Position numbers and translations under genes: made by a program
NCBI GenBank assembly: GCA_015523565.1
Contig: WAKA01000125.1
Span: forward strand, 1 to 20,564
Length of the DNA: 20,564 nt
Origin: Candidatus Heimdallarchaeota archaeon
GTDB taxonomy: Archaea; Asgardarchaeota; Heimdallarchaeia; Heimdallarchaeales; Kariarchaeaceae
Reading direction: 5' to 3'
Notes under the pieces: model-generated
Seen by the model: only the letters and a program-made list of their open reading frames with translations
Told to the model about the DNA's origin: nothing
Databases searched by the model: none
Shown here: positions 7,012-15,627 of the stretch, one piece after another
Numbering within the stretch: the stretch's first letter is position 1
Layout of the letters: each line of letters starts with the position of its first letter

Positions 7012-9024
7012 CTACTGCAACAATTCGATACCTTGGTGAGCATAATATGTATTGTAGAGTTCATAATATTTGCCTTTCACTGCCATAAGTTCCTCATGTG
7101 ATCCAATCTCCACTACCTCTCCATTGTCCATGACAACTATTTGGTCAACATCCCGTATTGTGGAAAGCCTATGGGCAATGACCAGCGTGGTTCTTCCTTC
7201 AAACAGCTTGTTCTGGGCAATCTGAACCAAGCTTTCAGTATATGCATCCAAACGGCTTGTTGCCTCGTCGAGGATCAGGATTTTTGGATTTCGCAACATA
7301 GTCCTTGCAATAGTTATCATTTGCCTTTGACCAGCAGAAAGGGATTTGCCTGATTCAGAGATTACTGTTTGATATCCGTCGGGAAGTGCATCAATGAACT
7401 CATCCGCACCAATAATTCTGCAGATTTCATAGACTTCATCGTCTGAAGCATCAGGTCGACCATATTTTATGTTCTCAAGAATTGTTCCTGCGAAAAGATA
7501 AGGCTCTTGTGTGACAAGGCTGATCGAATCGTATAAGGAGGCAAGCTTTATGCTTCTCAAGTCTTGTCCATCAATTTTGATGGACCCTTTATCAGGATCA
7601 TAAAATCGGAGTATTAATTTTGTGACAGTAGTTTTGCCAGCACCAGTATGTCCTATCAATGCAGTTTTCTTCCCTCCTGGAATGACAAATGATACATTCT
7701 TGAGTACCCATTCATCCTCACGCGATTTGATTGCATTTCCATTTTCAGGGTGTCCTTGCATTTTTGCCATTTGCCTGCCTTTCATTTCAGTTATTGGATT
7801 GTCTTTTGTACCAACTATTGATCTGCCTTTCATCTCAGTCATTCTGCTTTTCATCTCAGTCATTGGTTTGCCTTTCATACCAGCCATTTGCTTGCCTTTC
7901 ATACTAGCAATTGCCTTGTCTTTGGATGCAACTTTGTTGACTTTATACTTGAACCATACGTTTTCAAGGGAAATTTCCCCTTCAGTTATGAAAAGGGGTT
8001 CGGCATTGGGTGCATCATGAACAGCAGGTTGCGTTTGCAATACGTCTACAACCCTGTCTAAAGCGGCCAAGGATGCCTGAAGGTTTGTGATGTTGTTTGA
8101 CAAGGCAAGAATTGGGCTAAGGAAACGCCTGACCATTACAGTTCCAAGATAAATTGCTCCAGAAGTGATCAATCCCTGTTCTGACATGTATCCTCCCGTA
8201 AACAATATCAGTGAGATCATCACCATGGATACCATGGTTATGGACGGGAATATCAAGGTAAACATTGCACCAAGTTTCTTGAAGTATTCAAATGTCTGGT
8301 CGTTAAGTTTCTTGATTTCTTGAGATGTACGATCCTCTTGATTGAAGGATTTTGCGATTGCCACTCCAGAAAGATTTTCAGCCAATTTTCCACTGACTCT
8401 TCCAAGAGATGAACGTACATTGAGCATTCTTTCCTTTCCTTTGCTGGAAATGACCTTGGTAATGATTCCAGCAGTTGGCAATGCAAGAAGTGAGATAAGG
8501 CCAAACCAGAAGGAGATGGAAAACAGGACGCTGAGTGTTGCAACAGCCACCAGTATGTTTGTTAGGCTGGTTGTGAACACATTCAGACCTGATGTGATCT
8601 GTTGTGTATCATTGATGACCCTAGAAGTTACATTTCCTGACTGCACTTGGGCATGGTAAGCCATGTCAGCTTCACTCAATTTTTCAAAAGTGTCAACCCT
8701 GAGGGAATGAACCAATTCATTCTGAACCTTTGCCATGAACCATGTGATAAGGGATTGTGACAACCATGCAAATATGGAAAGGGATGTATAAATTATCAAC
8801 AGGGATATCAAGGATGCAAGAGTGCTTCCCGACAATAGGCTGTCAATTGCCTGTTGCACAAGGATTGGCTGATATGTGACTGAAAGGGTGTATATTAGGG
8901 TCAATATTGCCACAAAGCCGATCAGTCCCTTGTATGGCGACAAATAATTCCAAAAAATGCCCATTAGAACTCTAGAGCTCCTTGTTCGGCTTTTGTCTGC
9001 AAACATTGCACCATGCCTTGACAT
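7012..9024 (-). CDS. ABC exporter, fused TMD-NBD, subunit with consensus Walker B/H-loop (MdlB/TM288-like)
   Basis: Six-TM TMD, Walker A GHTGAGKT, Q-loop VTQE, signature LSAGQRQ, Walker B LILDE, H-loop IAHR. SD GGAGGT, and TAATG overlap with the upstream partner. Confidence 0.93.
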   Translation of the reverse strand: MSRHGAMFADKSRTRSSRVLMGIFWNYLSPYKGLIGFVAILTLIYTLSVTYQPILVQQAIDSLLSGSTLASLISLLIIYTSLSIFAWLSQSLITWFMAKVQNELVHSLRVDTFEKLSEADMAYHAQVQSGNVTSRVINDTQQITSGLNVFTTSLTNILVAVATLSVLFSISFWFGLISLLALPTAGIITKVISSKGKERMLNVRSSLGRVSGKLAENLSGVAIAKSFNQEDRTSQEIKKLNDQTFEYFKKLGAMFTLIFPSITMVSMVMISLILFTGGYMSEQGLITSGAIYLGTVMVRRFLSPILALSNNITNLQASLAALDRVVDVLQTQPAVHDAPNAEPLFITEGEISLENVWFKYKVNKVASKDKAIASMKGKQMAGMKGKPMTEMKSRMTEMKGRSIVGTKDNPITEMKGRQMAKMQGHPENGNAIKSREDEWVLKNVSFVIPGGKKTALIGHTGAGKTTVTKLILRFYDPDKGSIKIDGQDLRSIKLASLYDSISLVTQEPYLFAGTILENIKYGRPDASDDEVYEICRIIGADEFIDALPDGYQTVISESGKSLSAGQRQMITIARTMLRNPKILILDEATSRLDAYTESLVQIAQNKLFEGRTTLVIAHRLSTIRDVDQIVVMDNGEVVEIGSHEELMAVKGKYYELYNTYYAHQGIELLQ
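7755..7902 (-). repeat. Degenerate ~24-bp repeats encoding an 8-aa Met/Lys-rich insertion within the NBD
   Basis: MKGKQMAG MKGKPMTE MKSRMTE MKGRSIVG TKDNPITE MKGRQMAK MQGH. GCCTTTCAT recurs on the + strand. Confidence 0.85.
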
Positions 9025-10808
9025 TATTGTATACCTCCTTTTGCAAGTATCCTTTCGGATTCAGGCAATAGCTCAAAGATTCTTCTGTATTCCATGCATT
9101 TATCCAAAAGCTCATCATGCTTGCCTACCGCCAACAGACTTCCTCTCTTAAGCAGGATAATCAAATCTGCCTTGAGTAGGGTTGTTAGCCGTTGGGTGAC
9201 AGTAATGGTTAGCCTGTTTTCACTTAGGTTGTCCAATGCTTTTCGGAGCAATTCCTCTGTTTTGCTGTCAAGGGCGGATGCGCTGTCATCAAGCAAGAGT
9301 ATATCAGGATCTGCCAAAATGGCACGGGCAATTGCAATCCTTTGCCTTTGACCACCTGAAAGGTCAACACCCCTTTCCCCAATCATTGTGTCAAGTCCCT
9401 TCGGTAACTTGGAGATGAATTCCATTGCCTGTGCAGCTTCTGCGGCAACCATTATTTCTTCATCTGTGGCATCAGGTCGGGCAAACGCGATATTGTCGCG
9501 GATTGTCCCCGAGAAAAGGAAAACCTCCTGCTCAACCATGCTGACGTGCTGTCTAATGATTTGATGGGGAATATCTTCATAATCAACGCCTGAAATTGTG
9601 ATTCTTCCTTCCTGTGGCACATACAATTTGAGCAATAGTTTCAGGAAAGTTGACTTTCCACTTCCTGGACCTCCAATCAAGGCGACCTTGCTTCCAGGGG
9701 GAATTGACACTGAAAGGTTTTTCAAAGCAGGTCGCTTGCTGTTCACATAGCCAAATGTGACATTTTCAAACCTCAGTTCCCCTTTCCAATTTATTTCAGG
9801 CACTTCTGTGATTTCCTTGTCAGGCTGTGGATCCTGCCAGTTCATTTTTTCCCAAATCCTGTTGGCATTGGTTATTGCGGCGTTGAGAAACAGAAGCATC
9901 TGAGGCATCATCATTGAAGTCAATTGAAGTGTGACCAAAAGTCCCATGACTTGGATGAGGTCACCAACAGACATTTGGAGTAATGTGACCTTGTTGACAC
10001 TCATGGCAAACAATGCCGCAGTCAATAAAAGAAGAGCTAGGTTTGGCAGATAAAAGGCGGCCATCCGACCTTCCCTTATGCCAAGATCGGAATACCTCTT
10101 GCTCATTTTCCTGAAACGCAGGATTTCACGAACAGTCCCCTTGAAAGACCTGACAACATCAATTCCCCGAAAAATTTCCTGAGACTGTTCTGTCAGTTCT
10201 GCCGCAGTGTCTGCCAATTTCATACGGACAGGCGTAATCCTCCGAGCCTGATAAACAGCCAAGATATAATAGACAATGAAGCCGACTAATGTAATCAAGG
10301 TCATTTGCAGACCTGCAATGGAATATATTGCCGCAACTATGAACAGGACGGAGAAAATGTTTTGCATGATCGCCCTTAATGCAGGCACAATTCCCTGCCT
10401 CATTTGAGAAATCTCAGTCATGCCCATGGACAGCAGATGTGACGAGTTATGCTCATCAAAAAATGTAAGACTGTGCGATTGAATGGTGTCAAAATACTCT
10501 TGGCGGATATCCCTTTCAAAACTGAAAGAAAGCGTAACAAAAGTGAATAGACCAATAAACGAAATCAAGTAGAAAAAGACACCAGAAATCAAAACGCCAA
10601 TCCCATAGAAAATAAAAAGTTGGGAAAATCCCTCACTTTCCAAGATGTCAATTGCCTTTCCAACAAGAATTGCAGGAACCATGGATGAAAATGCAGCCAA
10701 TATCATCAATACCGTTGAGAAGAAAAGTTTGAGGGGTTGTCTCCTGAAAAATGAGAAAAACAGGGTTGTGCCATTTCTGTACAAAAAATCACCTACAGTG
10801 TCATTCAT
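9024..10808 (-). CDS. ABC exporter, fused TMD-NBD, degenerate-site subunit (MdlA/TM287-like)
   Basis: Walker A GGPGSGKS, signature LSGGQRQ, Walker B LLLDD (E->D), switch His->Gln (VTQR), as in heterodimeric exporters. Start re-set to ATG 10808 because the upstream TTG extension runs through an AT-rich promoter with inverted repeats. Confidence 0.92.
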   Translation of the reverse strand: MNDTVGDFLYRNGTTLFFSFFRRQPLKLFFSTVLMILAAFSSMVPAILVGKAIDILESEGFSQLFIFYGIGVLISGVFFYLISFIGLFTFVTLSFSFERDIRQEYFDTIQSHSLTFFDEHNSSHLLSMGMTEISQMRQGIVPALRAIMQNIFSVLFIVAAIYSIAGLQMTLITLVGFIVYYILAVYQARRITPVRMKLADTAAELTEQSQEIFRGIDVVRSFKGTVREILRFRKMSKRYSDLGIREGRMAAFYLPNLALLLLTAALFAMSVNKVTLLQMSVGDLIQVMGLLVTLQLTSMMMPQMLLFLNAAITNANRIWEKMNWQDPQPDKEITEVPEINWKGELRFENVTFGYVNSKRPALKNLSVSIPPGSKVALIGGPGSGKSTFLKLLLKLYVPQEGRITISGVDYEDIPHQIIRQHVSMVEQEVFLFSGTIRDNIAFARPDATDEEIMVAAEAAQAMEFISKLPKGLDTMIGERGVDLSGGQRQRIAIARAILADPDILLLDDSASALDSKTEELLRKALDNLSENRLTITVTQRLTTLLKADLIILLKRGSLLAVGKHDELLDKCMEYRRIFELLPESERILAKGGIQ

Positions 10809-10858
10809 GGTTCTGAGTATTAAAAGCATTGAGCTATCGGATAAACGAGTTATCAAAA

Positions 10859-10911
10859 AATTACCATTAAAATTTTGTTGAATGGTAATTGCAATTTTCA
10901 GGCATCCTGAA
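10859..10911. promoter_or_regulatory. Inverted repeats in the divergent promoter region of the ABC operon (candidate operators)
   Basis: AATTACCATT-N12-AATGGTAATT (10859-10890) encloses a minus-strand CAACAAAA-TTTTAAT BRE/TATA-like element. A second IR, TTCAGG-CAT-CCTGAA, lies at 10897-10911. Confidence 0.6.
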
Positions 10912-10946
10912 TTTAAAAATAAGAGGGAATTGTCAATGGTATCAAT

Positions 10947-10960
10947 CAAAGGTTTTTATA
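10947..10960 (+). promoter_or_regulatory. BRE + TATA box for the small membrane protein gene
   Basis: CAAAGG-TTTTTATA, with the TATA at -23 to -30 from GTG 10983. Confidence 0.65.
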
Positions 10961-10982
10961 GGTCGGAGTACATATAACAGGT

Positions 10983-11243
10983 GTGCTAAAACAAAAAGCC
11001 ATTCATGTTTATCGGTATTTTTCGTACCATAAAAAGAAGTTGGCAATCTCAGCATTCATTTATTTGATAGGTCTGACAGTATTCCTATTTGGGAGAATGT
11101 ACGAAAACATCGCATTGCAGGTGACTGGACCAATTATCATTGTCATTTCGAAAATCTTCATTGGCATTGCGATGTTCGGCACTGCTTTCTGGAAATTTAT
11201 TGTGCTGAGTTCTAAAACCATAGTAAAATTCGTGAAAAAGTAG
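10983..11243 (+). CDS. Small basic membrane protein (2 TM), unknown function
   Basis: 86 aa with two hydrophobic helices and Lys-rich ends. It has its own TATA box, fills the gap between operons, and ends 2 bp from the convergent kinase stop. Confidence 0.7.
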   Translation: MLKQKAIHVYRYFSYHKKKLAISAFIYLIGLTVFLFGRMYENIALQVTGPIIIVISKIFIGIAMFGTAFWKFIVLSSKTIVKFVKK

Positions 11244-11245
11244 AT

Positions 11246-12508
11246 TCAGGGTTTTCTGGATTTTGCCATTGCTTTGGCTTTCATTTCCAACGGATCAATG
11301 AATGACATTGTAAGGTAGGGTCCAAACCATTCATGATATCCCAAGGCAACAATATCTCCCGTGTTTATGAATTTTGGCTTGTCCATTTCCGCTCTCACCC
11401 ATACCCCGCTTTGTTTGCTGAGAATATAGACACCGTTTGTATTTGGCTTGTATTCTTCAATCCTGTATCGAACCTGACCACCAATCTCTTTTGCAGTCAC
11501 TTTTGCATGTTGTCTCGAAATTGCTGGGCTTGCAGGATAGGGATCGTCAATCACTAGATCACAGGATGAAGACCTTCCAATAATGAATTCCTCCTTGGTA
11601 AGGTCTTTTGTGATCTCAAATTTGCTTCCATTGACAATGAAATACGGGAATTGGGGAACTTCAAGCTTCTGTCCCGTCAACACCTTGTAAAAATCATTTG
11701 CCGTCTGGAAACGCTTGTTTATGTCTGGATGGGTTGCCTTCATGACAATCTTTGCTGTCTCCGTTGAGATATCAGATCTCTTGAAATGGGGATTCAACCC
11801 CTTTGGACTTTTGTCCCCCAATGTCGGATGAATTCCTGTCAACAGGAAATAAAGAATTGCCCCGACAGCATAGATTTCACCTGCAACACTCCAGAGGAAT
11901 TGATTTGATCCTGTGACTTCAGGGGGCGCATAACCAGGAGTTGCAAAAGTCATGCTTGCCTGCTGGAGTTGACGGATGTCCACTCCCTTGTTGTACTGCC
12001 TTGCCAATCCAAAATCGATCAAGGTCACTCTTTGATTGGATGGATTGTAAAATACGTTTTGGGGCTTTAAATCCCTATGCAGTACACCTTTGCGATGCAT
12101 GACATCGACCGCCTGAAGAATTTTCCCAGTGATCTCTTTTGCCTCTTCCTCTTCAAGACCACTGCCCATGGCATATTTTTCTAGGTCTGAACCCTCCAAA
12201 AATTCAAGAACCAGAACAGGGGTTTGGGGTATCTCAAAAAAATCTATGCAACGAACCACATAATCAGTATCAAAAAGTCTCAAGACATCTGCTTCAAATT
12301 TCAACCTTTGTATCCTGTCTTTGTCATAGCTGTCATTTTGCAGCAAAACAGTCTTCACAATCGCTTTCTGTCCGTTCTGGGTCTTGCCTATGTAGGTTTG
12401 CCCCATTCCACCCTCATCAAGGAACTTCTCAATCACATATTCGGCACCTGAAGTCGGATTAGATATTTTTTCACCATCCGAGAAAATGGTGGGTGAGTGC
12501 AGGCTCAT
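11246..12508 (-). CDS. Soluble Hanks-type Ser/Thr protein kinase with C-terminal FHA domain
   Basis: EGGMG Gly-loop, AIVK, alphaC Glu (FEA), HRDLKPQN, DFG, TPGYAPPE. FHA motifs IGR...ISRQH...TNG...GD. No TM. ATGA overlap with the PP2C gene, SD GGAGG. Confidence 0.95.
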   Translation of the reverse strand: MSLHSPTIFSDGEKISNPTSGAEYVIEKFLDEGGMGQTYIGKTQNGQKAIVKTVLLQNDSYDKDRIQRLKFEADVLRLFDTDYVVRCIDFFEIPQTPVLVLEFLEGSDLEKYAMGSGLEEEEAKEITGKILQAVDVMHRKGVLHRDLKPQNVFYNPSNQRVTLIDFGLARQYNKGVDIRQLQQASMTFATPGYAPPEVTGSNQFLWSVAGEIYAVGAILYFLLTGIHPTLGDKSPKGLNPHFKRSDISTETAKIVMKATHPDINKRFQTANDFYKVLTGQKLEVPQFPYFIVNGSKFEITKDLTKEEFIIGRSSSCDLVIDDPYPASPAISRQHAKVTAKEIGGQVRYRIEEYKPNTNGVYILSKQSGVWVRAEMDKPKFINTGDIVALGYHEWFGPYLTMSFIDPLEMKAKAMAKSRKP

Positions 12509-14262
12509 TTATTGTCTCCTCCATTTTGGTTGAATTCGGGAATTACATAAATCATCGAGATGTTGTCCCGTCCACCCATTTTATTTGCCAATGCAGTCAG
12601 TTCCTCAATTGTTTTCTGACCATCTTCATAATGCTTGACCATCACAGCCCCTATTGAAAGAATAGGATCATCCAACATGTCAGGAAGCCCATCACAAGTT
12701 ACTAGAAGCCGGTCATTCTCCTCAAGTTCATGAATCTCTATTGTCGGGTTGGGGTTGGGCTTTCCAAGATATTCTGTGATATACCCATCAGCTGTCGAAT
12801 CGTCTTTGGTCATCAATTTCAATTCCCAGTCCTTGACATTCCTTATATTGAATTTGTAAATCTGACTGTCCCCCAGATTGGCAATGACTGCATGTTTGCC
12901 TGCAATTATCGCCATCGTCACTGTTGAGCTTGCCTTTGCCCCTAAGGTTTTTTGGACATTTTTGATGACCAAATTGTTTGCCGTCTGTATCCAGTTGTTC
13001 ACAACAGAGGCTATGGAATTTTTGAGAATTGCATCCCTCTGCTGAAGGAAATAATTGACTGCAAGTCTTCCAATGGTTTCTGCCCCTACCTTTGCGGCAA
13101 CTTCCCCGTAGGGCACCCCACCAACCCCATCACAGACAATGAAAATCCCCACTTTGGTGGGTTGGCTTTCATACCACGCATGGAGAGTCACTGCAACTAT
13201 TGCGTCCTCATCCTTGTCCCTTCTCCGACCAATGTCTGAATTCGAGTAATAGGTTATGTTTCTGATTGCTGACGGACCAAACCACCGTGTTGGGGAATAT
13301 TTCTGTTTGTATTCCTCTTTTGAAAGAGGAATTATCTCAAAGACCAAATCAACACTTGGAGGGATTGTCACAACGTTTTCCCCTTCAGCCAAGGGTTTTC
13401 GATCCCTGAACATGACGGTTTGGATCCCATTTGAATTTTTGATCCTTATAGTTGCATCCTCTGTTGCATTGTTCAGGAAAATGGTTTGATGTTCAAGGAA
13501 TATGGAGAATTTAGGGAAGTATTCATAATTGTCAGGGTCGGAAAGGGACTCAATTGTTTGATTCATCAGAAATCTTTTGTCGACAAATTGTCTAGGTTTT
13601 TGTTGGGAAAGGATAATTTGACGATGAAATTCATTGTCCGCAAAGATTTTAATCAAGAATATTTCAGCAGGTTTGGTTTCTGGAGTTTGGGGTGATAATT
13701 GTCCTGTACCACTTGCCTCCATTTTCTTTTGAACATCGGATTTCGCCGATATACCAACGGTTTTTTCCTCAATGGAAGCACTGGCACTAGTAATTTTTTC
13801 TTCTATTTTGGAAATTGTTTCTTCTTTTTTCTCAATATCAATAGTTGTCTCCTTCCCTAATTCATGAAGGATCCTTTTATCTTCTAATTCAGTAGAGGTT
13901 GTTTCCATTCCTATTTCTGTTGATGTTGCATTCTTATCTGTTTCAGAGGGCATTGATTCCTTAGCCATTTTAACACTGGATATTTCCTCTTTCATTTCCT
14001 CATTGGTTTGCCCTTTTTCTTGTTCAAGAGATGCTTGATTGCTTTTTTCTATTTCTAAGTTTTCTTCCTGTTTCATTTCCTCATTGGTTTGCCCTTTCTC
14101 TAATTCAAGAGATGCTTGATTGCTTTTTTCCATGTTTCCAGTTTCTATTTCTAGGTTTTCTTCCTGTTCATCCTCCACCAAAACTTCATGGAAGCAGTTA
14201 GAACACTTTTTCTCACCACTGTTTAATTCATTTCCACAATTTGTACAAAATTGGCCATCCAT
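12505..14262 (-). CDS. PP2C/PPM-family phosphatase with N-terminal Zn ribbon, long acidic linker and a middle beta-rich domain
   Basis: Start re-set to ATG 14262 (SD GAGGT, 10 bp after the vWA stop). CTNC..CSNC ribbon. PP2C motifs RDKDED, VCDGVGG, ANLGDS, TCDGL, GGRDNIS. Confidence 0.92.
   Translation of the reverse strand: MDGQFCTNCGNELNSGEKKCSNCFHEVLVEDEQEENLEIETGNMEKSNQASLELEKGQTNEEMKQEENLEIEKSNQASLEQEKGQTNEEMKEEISSVKMAKESMPSETDKNATSTEIGMETTSTELEDKRILHELGKETTIDIEKKEETISKIEEKITSASASIEEKTVGISAKSDVQKKMEASGTGQLSPQTPETKPAEIFLIKIFADNEFHRQIILSQQKPRQFVDKRFLMNQTIESLSDPDNYEYFPKFSIFLEHQTIFLNNATEDATIRIKNSNGIQTVMFRDRKPLAEGENVVTIPPSVDLVFEIIPLSKEEYKQKYSPTRWFGPSAIRNITYYSNSDIGRRRDKDEDAIVAVTLHAWYESQPTKVGIFIVCDGVGGVPYGEVAAKVGAETIGRLAVNYFLQQRDAILKNSIASVVNNWIQTANNLVIKNVQKTLGAKASSTVTMAIIAGKHAVIANLGDSQIYKFNIRNVKDWELKLMTKDDSTADGYITEYLGKPNPNPTIEIHELEENDRLLVTCDGLPDMLDDPILSIGAVMVKHYEDGQKTIEELTALANKMGGRDNISMIYVIPEFNQNGGDNK
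13990..14168 (-). repeat. Direct duplication (about 81 bp / 27 aa) in the PP2C acidic linker
   Basis: QEENLEIE(TGNME)KSNQASLE(L/Q)EKGQTNEEMK occurs twice, with near-identical DNA. Confidence 0.9.
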
Positions 14263-14272
14263 GGAACATACC

Positions 14273-15526
14273 TCATAGTGGTCTGCTAAGACTGTCCTGT
14301 AATGATCTCTGTTCATCAATGTCATCAGGATTGACTGCTTTGGTCAATGAAACAACAGTTTTACCGATATTTGTCCCTTCAAGCAGACTACCCTCTCTTT
14401 CATAGATTCTAGTAGCAGTTTCTTTAGCCTTTTCAAGTGCTGCTGGGTCATGCATGGTTTTGCTTATAAGGTTCGTGACAGTATTGTCGATTCTGACCAA
14501 GGGGTTGGTTTCACTTCCATATAATTCAGGGTCATTGGTAAATATGATATTGCCTTTTACTGATTGAGGATTTTTAATGCCTTCAATTCTTGCTTCGAGG
14601 AATTCAAATGGTTCTTCATCTTTCCCGTGATCTGGTTTTCCAGTAATTTCAAATGTAGCTGAATAAACAATCGGTTGATCTAAAACTATGGCTGGAAGGG
14701 AGACTTCGATATTTCCACTCGGATCAGGGTTCAACGGTACATTGGCCACTTGTGGAAGCTTTCTTTTCAAATCAGTAATTTTTACCCCCTTTGCAGGTTT
14801 TAAAATGAGTTTTGGCGCATAGAAAATAACCGTTTCAGTTGTTTCTTGATCGATTGCCTCTTTCAACATTTCAGGATTGGATTCTTTGATATGTCTCCAA
14901 GTTCCCGCACCATATTCAGCGAGATTGATGATCAGCTCGTGATTGTATTCTTCCCCAATACCCCATGCAGATACGGAAAATCCACTTTCACGTATTTCCC
15001 GACTTAATTCCCTATAAGGTTCGACAGAACTGATATCTGTTGGCTCCCCATCAGTCACCACAATAAATCGACCATTGTCGTCAATCTTTTTTAATTTCTC
15101 CAACAACTCACTCATGGCACCATGCATCCTAGTTCCCCCCTGTGTATCTAAGTTTTTGATACGATCAATATAGCTTTTTTTGTTGTTGCCAAGCTTCTCA
15201 TATGGAAAAATCTCATTGACATCATTTGAAAAAGTATATAAGCCAATCTTATCGTTCGCATCGCATTCATTCAGCAAATCAATTATGGCATTTTTTGCTG
15301 TGTCAAGCTTGTTTCCCCACATTGAACCTGAAACATCAAGTAGGAAGACAATTTTCTTTCTAACTTTTTCTTTCTTCTCTTTAATCTCTTTGACTGTCTG
15401 TCCGTGCTGATTTACACTGATTGAAATCAATCCCTGTACATTTTTTGCCACCCTGTTGAATGGGATGTACCCTCTATTCACGTCTATAGATATTGTTAAA
15501 TCTGGTATCTCCTTCATGGCGTTCAT
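14273..15526 (-). CDS. vWA (MIDAS) domain protein, ArnB/TerY-like: vWA within a beta-sandwich plus C-terminal helices
   Basis: IVFLLDVSGSM (DxSxS), GGT and VVTDG complete the MIDAS; WGIGEEYN is also present. Start is probably ATG 15526 or 15517, with GGAAAAA-TTTTTTAC about 22-29 bp upstream of 15526. Confidence 0.9.
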   Translation of the reverse strand: MNAMKEIPDLTISIDVNRGYIPFNRVAKNVQGLISISVNQHGQTVKEIKEKKEKVRKKIVFLLDVSGSMWGNKLDTAKNAIIDLLNECDANDKIGLYTFSNDVNEIFPYEKLGNNKKSYIDRIKNLDTQGGTRMHGAMSELLEKLKKIDDNGRFIVVTDGEPTDISSVEPYRELSREIRESGFSVSAWGIGEEYNHELIINLAEYGAGTWRHIKESNPEMLKEAIDQETTETVIFYAPKLILKPAKGVKITDLKRKLPQVANVPLNPDPSGNIEVSLPAIVLDQPIVYSATFEITGKPDHGKDEEPFEFLEARIEGIKNPQSVKGNIIFTNDPELYGSETNPLVRIDNTVTNLISKTMHDPAALEKAKETATRIYEREGSLLEGTNIGKTVVSLTKAVNPDDIDEQRSLQDSLSRPL

Positions 15527-15627
15527 CAAGATATAGTATAAAGTTAAGTAAAAAATTTTTCCACGATTAATTATAAAATTTAACAATTGAACCAATACTA
15601 TATTGCAGAAAGTTTGAAATTCAGCTA

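Noticed and set aside
6841-7101. 86-aa + strand ORF
   Set aside because: It runs through the operator array and antisense into the ABC gene end; no motif.
9180-9300. ABC subunit as a pseudogene because of Walker B DD and His->Gln
   Set aside because: This is the normal degenerate site of heterodimeric exporters (TM287-type).
10809-15595. Longest-ORF starts at 10949, 14325 and 15595
   Set aside because: The extensions cross promoter DNA or overlap the upstream gene, and downstream ATGs have better SD/TATA or context support.
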